This document shows, piece by piece, positions 61,601-64,000 of a DNA stretch of 64,000 nt. Each line of letters starts with the position of its first letter. Position 1 is the first letter of the stretch. The notes below the pieces were generated by a model. That model had not been told where the DNA came from. It searched no databases and worked only from the letters and a program-made list of their open reading frames with translations. The stretch comes from Pecten maximus (taxonomy: Eukaryota), in the NCBI RefSeq assembly GCF_902652985.1, contig NC_047025.1, forward strand, positions 38,874,001 through 38,938,000. The letters are read 5' to 3'. Both the position numbers and the translations under genes were made by a program.

Positions 61601-63339
61601 GGATGGAAGGACAGGATATAGTCGCTAGTTACCTCCCCTACAGTAGAGGACGACAATAAAGGATGGAAGGACAGGATATAGTCGCTAGTTATCTCCCCTA
61701 CAGTAGAGGACGACAATAAAGGATGGAAGGACAGGATACAGTCGCTAGTTACCTCCCCTACAGTAGAGGACAACAATAAAGGATGGAAGGACAGGATATA
61801 GTCGCTAGTTACCTCCCCTACAGTAGAGGACGACAATAAAGGATAGAAAGACAGGATGTAGTCACCAGTTACCTCCCCTACAGTAGAGGACGACGATAAA
61901 GGATGGAAGGACAGGATACAGTCGCTAGTTACCTCCCCTACAGTAGAGGACAACAATAAAGGATGGAAGGACAGGATATAGTCAATAGTTACCTCCCCTA
62001 CAGTAGAGGACGACGATAAAGGATGGAAGGACAGGATACAGTCGCTAGTTATCTCCCCTACAGTAGAGGACAACAATAAAGGATGGAAGGATAGGATATA
62101 GTCGCTAGTTACCTCCCCTACAGTAGAGGACAACAATAAAGGATGGAAGGACAGGATATAGTCAATAGTTACCTCCCCTACAGTAGAGGACGACGATAAA
62201 GGATGGAAGGACAGGATACAGTCGCTAGTTATCTCCCCTACAGTAGAGGACAACAATAAAGGATGGAAGGATAGGATATAGTCGCTAGTTACCTCCCCTA
62301 CAGTAGAGGACGACAATAAAAGATGGAAGGACAGGATACAGTCGCTAGTTACCTCCCCTACAGTAGAGGACAACAATAAAGGATGGAAGGACTGGATATA
62401 GTCGCTAGTTACCTCCCCTACAGTAGAGGATGACAATAAAGGATGGAAGGACAGGATATAGTCGCTAGTTACCTCCCGTACAGTAGAGGAAGACAATAAA
62501 GGATGGAAGGACAGGATATAGTCGCTAGTTACCTCCCCTACAGTAGAGGACGACAATAAAGGATGGAAGGACAGGATATAGTCAATAGTTACCTCCCCTA
62601 CAGTAGAGGACGTCAATAAAGGATGGAAGGACAGGATATAGTCAATAGTTACCTCCCCTACAGTAGAGGACGACGATAAAGGATGGAAGGACTGGATATA
62701 GTCGCTAGTTACCTCCCCTACAGTAGAGGATGACAATAAAGGATGGAAGGACAGGATATAGTCGCTAGTTACCTCCCGTACAGTAGAGGAAGACAATAAA
62801 GGATGGAAGGACAGGATATAGTCGCTAGTTACCTCCCCTACAGTAGAGGACGACAATAAAGGATGGAAGGACAGGATATAGTCAATAGTTACCTCCCCTA
62901 CAGTAGAGGACGTCAATAAAGGATGGAAGGACAGGATATAGTCAATAGTTACCTCCCCTACAGTAGAGGACGACGATAAAGGATGGAAGGACAGGATATA
63001 GTCGCTAGTTACCTCCCCTACAGTAGAGGACGACAATAAAGGATAGAAAGACAGGATGTAGTCACCAGTTACCTCCCCTACAGTAGAGGAAGACAATAAA
63101 GGATGGAAGGACAGGATATAGTCGCTAGTTACCTCCCCTACAGTAGAGGACAACAATAAAGGATGGAAGGACAGGATATAGTCGCTAGTTACCTCCCCTA
63201 CAGAATAGCGCTGTTTCTCCTGTAACATTTTAATAGTCTGTTGGTGCGCTGTGTTCTCCGACTCACGGCGGCCGATTTGTGTGTGCAGGTCGCTAAGCTG
63301 TGATTGGAGGGTCGAAATCTTCCGTTCTCTGTTGGATAC
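1584..63339 (-). CDS. PMFBP1: Multi-exon gene (46 exons in window, partial at both ends) encoding a >1980-aa coiled-coil protein, PMFBP1-like (CCDC18/PMFBP1-type centrosomal or sperm coiled-coil scaffold)
   Basis: 46 E/Q/K/L-rich heptad-patterned segments bounded by AG/GT join into one open frame. The C-terminal motif WVQEQKLANEKLGNKIREQSKAIMTLTAEKEQL resembles the vertebrate PMFBP1 C-terminus as I recall it (not searched). The gene structure is high confidence, the name only moderate. Confidence 0.6.
2150..2712. repeat. 24-bp minisatellite (CCTRTAGGACAAAACACATGTAAT), about 23 copies
   Basis: direct tandem periodicity. Confidence 0.95.
3525..3566 (-). CDS. exon w45 (42 nt) DNVDIKDFHMDKEQ
   Basis: acag|GAC...CAG|gtaact, phase 0/0; short, so less certain. 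Confidence 0.65.
3598..9545. repeat. 13-bp satellite (YGTACTAMCACAC), about 5.9 kb, with a ~2.33-kb higher-order duplication
   Basis: tandem periodicity; rare variants recur at ~2332-bp offset. Confidence 0.97.
9870..10058 (-). CDS. exon w44 (189 nt) LGTLQKENHRL...YREMEKP
   Basis: tcag|TTG...CCA|gtaagt. Confidence 0.9.
10189..10291 (-). CDS. exon w43 (103 nt) (E)SDQDQEVQGK...IQLLNQQ
   Basis: acag|A...CAG|gtaagg, phase 2/0. Confidence 0.9.
10485..11488. repeat. 28-bp minisatellite containing the exon w42 tail and donor (minus: ACACGA|GTATGTGTATCTGTAGCGTTAC), about 36 copies
   Basis: tandem periodicity continuous with the exon end. Confidence 0.95.
11483..11553 (-). CDS. exon w42 (71 nt) ALQNHSSHQQVLLNQLRNRLEQH(E)
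   Basis: acag|GCG...GA|gtatgt, phase 0/2. Confidence 0.9.
11847..11940 (-). CDS. exon w41 (94 nt) (E)QLLEQVAKLQKQM...DSDRFK
   Basis: acag|A...AAG|gtcagc, phase 2/0. Confidence 0.9.
12081..12122 (-). CDS. exon w40 (42 nt) (R)EQSKAIMTLTAEK(E)
   Basis: tcag|A...GA|gtaagt, phase 2/2. Confidence 0.85.
12725..13393. repeat. 45-bp minisatellite, about 14 copies, degenerating away from exon w39
   Basis: CTGGGATCAAGGTGAGATAGGGGTCAGCTTTAGGAGTAATACTGT units. Confidence 0.9.
13427..13459 (-). CDS. exon w39 (33 nt) (K)LANEKLGNKI(R)
   Basis: acag|G...AG|gtatga, phase 2/2; PMFBP1-like motif. Confidence 0.85.
13625..14187. mobile_element. probable degenerate non-autonomous DNA element ending in a long hairpin (family unassigned, possibly Crypton-like)
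   Basis: imperfect ~45-bp inverted repeat at 14044-14181; family and left boundary are inference. Confidence 0.35.
15187..15359 (-). CDS. exon w38 (173 nt) SDKLRNEVELL...VNTWVQEQ(K)
   Basis: atag|TCT...AA|gtaagt, phase 0/2. Confidence 0.9.
15635..15802 (-). CDS. exon w37 (168 nt) LENFELRYQDL...YKAKIDE
   Basis: tcag|TTG...GAA|gtaagg. Confidence 0.9.
16003..16254 (-). CDS. exon w36 (252 nt) LMENEQKVHDL...NRASEEE
   Basis: acag|CTG...GAG|gtagga. Confidence 0.9.
16382..16465 (-). CDS. exon w35 (84 nt) VSRYEETLGQLQNDLDRIQDQYRKTHAS
   Basis: acag|GTT...TCT|gtatgt. Confidence 0.9.
16603..17127. repeat. 21-bp minisatellite containing the exon w34 tail and donor (minus: TCACAGGAG|GTYAGTAAYAYC), about 25 copies
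   Basis: tandem periodicity continuous with the exon end. Confidence 0.95.
17118..17285 (-). CDS. exon w34 (168 nt) VKDKDELISNL...SVHHSQE
   Basis: atag|GTC...GAG|gttagt. Confidence 0.9.
17478..17645 (-). CDS. exon w33 (168 nt) VEQQDQILTQLQQE...INDLTNT
   Basis: acag|GTA...ACG|gtataa. Confidence 0.9.
17798..18133 (-). CDS. exon w32 (336 nt) LAHHEEKLMLMEQ...EKMLSDQ
   Basis: aaag|CTT...CAG|gtatga; the AAG acceptor makes the 5' boundary slightly less certain. Confidence 0.85.
20380..20640. repeat. degenerate ~30-bp GC-rich repeat (CCCAGCCCCAGGGACACACCACAC) just downstream of the w31 donor
   Basis: about 8 diverged copies. Confidence 0.8.
20657..20740 (-). CDS. exon w31 (84 nt) GSELQSEVEHLKTDLSEARAQYKDCAQE
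   Basis: acag|GGA...GAG|gtaggt. Confidence 0.9.
21008..21091 (-). CDS. exon w30 (84 nt) IEKLEGNIKDMKIEISHLQGAKQRAENQ
   Basis: ccag|ATT...CAG|gtttgt. Confidence 0.85.
23151..23493. repeat. 68-bp tandem repeat, 5 copies
   Basis: copies start at 23151, 23219, 23287, 23355 and 23423. Confidence 0.95.
23620..23812. repeat. ~15-bp degenerate repeat (GGACATATTGACGA)
   Basis: about 12 copies. Confidence 0.8.
24434..24526. repeat. 22-bp repeat (ACAGAGAACAATAGCCATGATA), about 4 copies
   Basis: direct tandem periodicity. Confidence 0.85.
25872..26114 (-). CDS. exon w29 (243 nt) NDRLEQSIQQL...IAGKMEE
   Basis: ccag|AAT...GAG|gtaatg. Confidence 0.9.
26303..26470 (-). CDS. exon w28 (168 nt) YLDKEDKIAHLDM...KNSAMKE
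   Basis: tcag|TAC...GAG|gtattt. Confidence 0.9.
26693..26776 (-). CDS. exon w27 (84 nt) SLTHEEHAKKLENELYTYQGEHSHTDQE
   Basis: ttag|TCT...GAG|gtaaga. Confidence 0.9.
26905..29525. repeat. 24-bp minisatellite containing the exon w26 tail and donor (minus: GTCAGAG|GTRGGTAACACWGTCCW), about 109 copies
   Basis: tandem periodicity continuous with the exon end; fills nearly the whole intron. Confidence 0.97.
29518..29775 (-). CDS. exon w26 (258 nt) DKLSESRKRELE...NALLQSE
   Basis: acag|GAC...GAG|gtaggt. Confidence 0.9.
29932..30003. repeat. 25-bp repeat, 3 copies (AAGGTATCAAGACGTCTAAGATATG)
   Basis: direct tandem periodicity. Confidence 0.8.
30289..30492 (-). CDS. exon w25 (204 nt) MKRQNDQLHDHE...GTVKTLQ
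   Basis: ccag|ATG...CAG|gtaagg. Confidence 0.9.
30890..31335. repeat. degenerate ~28-32-bp repeat (TATACCAGTTTCTGACACCCCCTATCCTG) just downstream of the w24 donor
   Basis: about 14 diverged copies. Confidence 0.85.
31349..31591 (-). CDS. exon w24 (243 nt) MKNHLRTIEQL...QDDTAVE
   Basis: ccag|ATG...GAG|gtagga. Confidence 0.9.
34154..34216 (-). CDS. exon w23 (63 nt) ISNDEKSIQKLQHDHEISLQE
   Basis: tcag|ATT...GAG|gtaaga. Confidence 0.85.
34601..34705 (-). CDS. exon w22 (105 nt) LNIREDEVIRLNG...TEDDEKK
   Basis: tcag|TTG...AAG|gtattg. Confidence 0.9.
34931..35014 (-). CDS. exon w21 (84 nt) VAHRDQVIIKVQSELDTTQEKYQGCMEE
   Basis: acag|GTT...GAG|gtgggt. Confidence 0.9.
35226..35297. repeat. 33-bp duplication of the exon w20 donor region (AAAGAG|GTAAGA...), 2 copies
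   Basis: two near-identical copies. Confidence 0.8.
35292..35459 (-). CDS. exon w20 (168 nt) LMKAEDDIESL...HRTCQKE
   Basis: ctag|TTA...GAG|gtaaga. Confidence 0.9.
35510..35665. repeat. AT-rich ~39-bp repeat, about 3 copies, upstream of the w20 acceptor
   Basis: GATAGGATTTTATGAAGAAAATATTTTTCCCTTTTTT units. Confidence 0.75.
36122..36301 (-). CDS. exon w19 (180 nt) VYVRDDTIQKLNSE...RKLTEQE
   Basis: tcag|GTT...GAG|gtaagt. Confidence 0.9.
36458..36722. repeat. 33-bp minisatellite, 8 copies (AACCATTAGAAGCCTGATCATCACAGCTCTAGG)
   Basis: near-perfect copies. Confidence 0.95.
36924..37007 (-). CDS. exon w18 (84 nt) ISTKEELVLNLKTDLASLQKQQKETMSK
   Basis: atag|ATT...AAG|gtaggt. Confidence 0.9.
37366..37533 (-). 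CDS. exon w17 (168 nt) NDTKKGTISNLE...SDKQQHN
   Basis: acag|AAT...AAT|gtaagt. Confidence 0.9.
37852..37914 (-). CDS. exon w16 (63 nt) VNQMDREVEQLKMQLRTSQAE
   Basis: atag|GTT...GAG|gtataa. Confidence 0.85.
38515..38598 (-). CDS. exon w15 (84 nt) VKRREEAIKRLKMETITMQERNSKYEEK
   Basis: acag|GTA...AAG|gtgaga. Confidence 0.9.
39232..39390 (-). CDS. exon w14 (159 nt) VSRRDISIQQLEQ...QDVLTSE
   Basis: tcag|GTT...GAG|gtaaga. Confidence 0.9.
39520..39586 (-). mobile_element. possible tRNA-derived SINE fragment
   Basis: minus strand GTGAGTTCGAGGCCCGGTCAGGGCAC resembles a B-box/T-arm; no A-box or cloverleaf visible. Confidence 0.35.
39717..40649. repeat. 40-45-bp minisatellite containing the exon w13 tail and donor (minus: AGGACAAT|GTAAGT...), about 21 copies
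   Basis: tandem periodicity continuous with the exon end. Confidence 0.95.
40642..40788 (-). CDS. exon w13 (147 nt) LLSREEQIANL...RCKAEDN
   Basis: ttag|TTA...AAT|gtaagt. Confidence 0.9.
40960..41304. repeat. 25-bp repeat (GACAGGTGTTGACCTTGACCTGTCT) starting at the w12 donor, about 13 copies
   Basis: tandem periodicity; minus-strand unit carries ACAG|GT like the true junction. Confidence 0.9.
41301..41459 (-). CDS. exon w12 (159 nt) IDRLQTEVQE...LSHTTSQ
   Basis: tcag|ATT...CAG|gtatag. Confidence 0.9.
41564..41647 (-). CDS. exon w11 (84 nt) GQDFQRKMEAMDQDLQQAHSRYSSQCRE
   Basis: ccag|GGT...GAG|gtcagt. Confidence 0.9.
41750..42530. repeat. 33-40-bp degenerate minisatellite containing the exon w10 tail and donor (minus: CCAGTCYAGG|GTCAGTATATAGG)
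   Basis: about 21 copies continuous with the exon end. Confidence 0.9.
42520..42666 (-). CDS. exon w10 (147 nt) VADHHDTIVKLRNE...EEVKQYQSR
   Basis: ttag|GTG...AGG|gtcagt; a weaker in-frame donor GAG|gtcaaa at 42541 would give 126 nt. Confidence 0.85.
45018..45092 (-). CDS. exon w9 (75 nt) VQKLTATLQKLQGASKDTRDALTSE
   Basis: gcag|GTT...GAA|gtaagt. Confidence 0.85.
45790..46482. repeat. 35-bp minisatellite (CTACAGGGATAAGTAAGGGACCTGTCCCCCTGTAK), about 19 copies
   Basis: direct tandem periodicity. Confidence 0.95.
47419..47563. repeat. 28-bp repeat, 5 copies (GTGGATTTGGGAGTGTGACACCCCACCA), about 55 bp downstream of the w8 donor
   Basis: direct tandem periodicity. Confidence 0.92.
47617..47700 (-). 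CDS. exon w8 (84 nt) VKTYISKLARAEGEMQMIRGENTESVSQ
   Basis: acag|GTA...CAG|gttaga. Confidence 0.85.
49522..49540 (+). promoter_or_regulatory. candidate CTCF binding site GGTCCACCAGGTGGCAGCA
   Basis: close match to the bilaterian CTCF core CCASYAGRKGGC in otherwise AT-rich intron sequence. Confidence 0.45.
49611..49694 (-). CDS. exon w7 (84 nt) ATSNVTKLARVDAELQTLRTQHAESLAQ
   Basis: gcag|GCC...CAG|gtagtc. Confidence 0.8.
49711..51824. repeat. 54-bp minisatellite, about 39 copies, abutting the acceptor region of exon w7
   Basis: TATAGAGGTTAGGTGTGGGACATGTCACCCTTGGCTGGGACGTACATAACAGTT units. Confidence 0.97.
51878..53192. mobile_element. non-autonomous Tc1/mariner-superfamily (pogo/Tigger-like) DNA transposon, 1315 bp
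   Basis: 23-bp TIRs CAGTGCATTCC(A/G)CTTAATCGGGT (22/23 identical), TA on both flanks, subterminal TAATCGGGT repeats, no transposase ORF. Confidence 0.9.
53985..54068 (-). CDS. exon w6 (84 nt) FHRLEARNKVVEEELAAMKKQADDSKSD
   Basis: acag|TTT...GAT|gtatgt. Confidence 0.85.
54495..54855. repeat. G-rich low-complexity tract
   Basis: GGGTG/GATGAGGG runs. Confidence 0.7.
55380..55442 (-). CDS. exon w5 (63 nt) LDKQTNNLIQIEDKNKRTNDE
   Basis: ttag|TTG...GAG|gtaacc. Confidence 0.85.
55863..56021 (-). CDS. exon w4 (159 nt) IGVLQERLRDSQ...RDAAVSE
   Basis: gtag|ATT...GAG|gtatag. Confidence 0.9.
56424..56507 (-). CDS. exon w3 (84 nt) IGHYERKLRNQDLDLQELRDQRKKSMDE
   Basis: ttag|ATT...GAG|gtgaga. Confidence 0.9.
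58185..58790. repeat. degenerate repeat (TCCACTGAGCTACTGTATATTTTCCATG) with short and long unit variants
   Basis: about 18 diverged copies. Confidence 0.8.
59715..60030. repeat. degenerate 39-bp repeat (CATGACCTTGAGATGTTGTATACAGAGATGGTGAGTATT) downstream of the w2 donor
   Basis: about 6-8 copies. Confidence 0.8.
60057..60140 (-). CDS. exon w2 (84 nt) TAKADEAIRQLKLEVTHAKDYASKSSKD
   Basis: acag|ACT...GAT|gtaagt. Confidence 0.85.
61540..63203. repeat. 60-bp minisatellite containing the exon w1 tail and donor (minus: CTGTAGGGGAG|GTAACTAGCG...), about 28 copies
   Basis: exact 60-bp periodicity continuous with the exon end. Confidence 0.97.
63193..63339 (-). CDS. exon w1 (147 nt) VSNRERKISTLQ...QRYSVGE
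   Basis: ccag|GTA...GAG|gtaact, phase 0/0. Confidence 0.9.
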
Positions 63340-63629
63340 CTGGCAGGCGGGCAGACAGAAGTGAAACTAGTGTGACACCAACAAAAACACACAAGACAAA
63401 ACACATGCAAACATCATTCATGAAAAAAGAATTCACCGAAGTCAACGGTAGGCAACAAAAATTAGAATTATAATTTCCAATGCCAAAATTTCCAAAACAA
63501 ACATGAAAAATTTAGAAATAGTTCCTTTTGCAAAATTAGAACTTTTTCAACAAAAAAAAAAGGCTATGTTGAATCTACAATGGATTAAACGAACCAGATA
63601 AGGTGATGATTGATTACGGTATATTCTTG

Positions 63630-64000
63630 CATACATACATCTAAGGGGATTATCTGTTACTACACATTCTTACATACATCTAACGGGATTATCTGTTACT
63701 ACACATTCGTACATACATCTAACGGGATTATCTGTTACTACACATTCTTACATACATCTAACGGGATAATCTGTTACTACACATTCGTACATACATCTAA
63801 CGGGATTATCTGTTACTACACATTCGTACATACATCTAACGGGATTATCTGTTACTACACATTCGTACATACATCTAACGGGATTATCTGTTACTACACA
63901 TTCGTACATACATCTAACGGGATTATCTGTTACTACACATTCGTACATACATCTAACGGGATAATCTGTTACTACACATTCTTACATACATCTAACGGGA
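63630..64000. repeat. 39-bp minisatellite (TACATACATCTAACGGGATTATCTGTTACTACACATTCG), truncated by the window edge
   Basis: direct tandem periodicity. Confidence 0.95.

Noticed and set aside
61474-63228. 584-aa ORF as a standalone repeat-protein gene
   Set aside because: It is the tail of exon w1 read through its donor into the 60-bp array; the Met is internal to the exon.
1584-63339. Myosin heavy chain or paramyosin call based on 28-residue periodicity
   Set aside because: No recognisable myosin-tail motifs in the translated exons; the C-terminal motif points to a PMFBP1-like protein.

Overview
AT-rich eukaryotic genomic DNA (inferred lophotrochozoan, probably bivalve mollusc). The whole window lies inside one large minus-strand intron-containing gene. 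I read 46 exons by hand (63339 to 1584, all GT-AG, about 5940 nt or 1980 aa, frame-consistent). Neither the start nor the stop codon is in the window. The product is a giant coiled-coil protein; its C-terminal part (NTWVQEQKLANEKLGNKIREQSKAIMTLTAEKEQL) resembles, from memory, PMFBP1. The introns hold about 25 unrelated tandem-repeat arrays (13-68 bp units, roughly a third of the window), a 1.3 kb TA-flanked Tc1/mariner-type non-autonomous transposon and smaller TE relics. Most long ORFs in the supplied track are translations of these arrays. Main observations: (1) about eight arrays are amplified copies of the gene's own exon/intron junction (exon tail plus GT donor), several in frame and stop-free, creating ladders of up to about 100 near-identical 5' splice sites; (2) the first 37 exons are all phase 0 and quantised in heptads, with 28 of 37 exact multiples of 7 codons and 7 more at 7n+4; (3) duplicated exons, a candidate 12-nt microexon and two candidate internal first exons.
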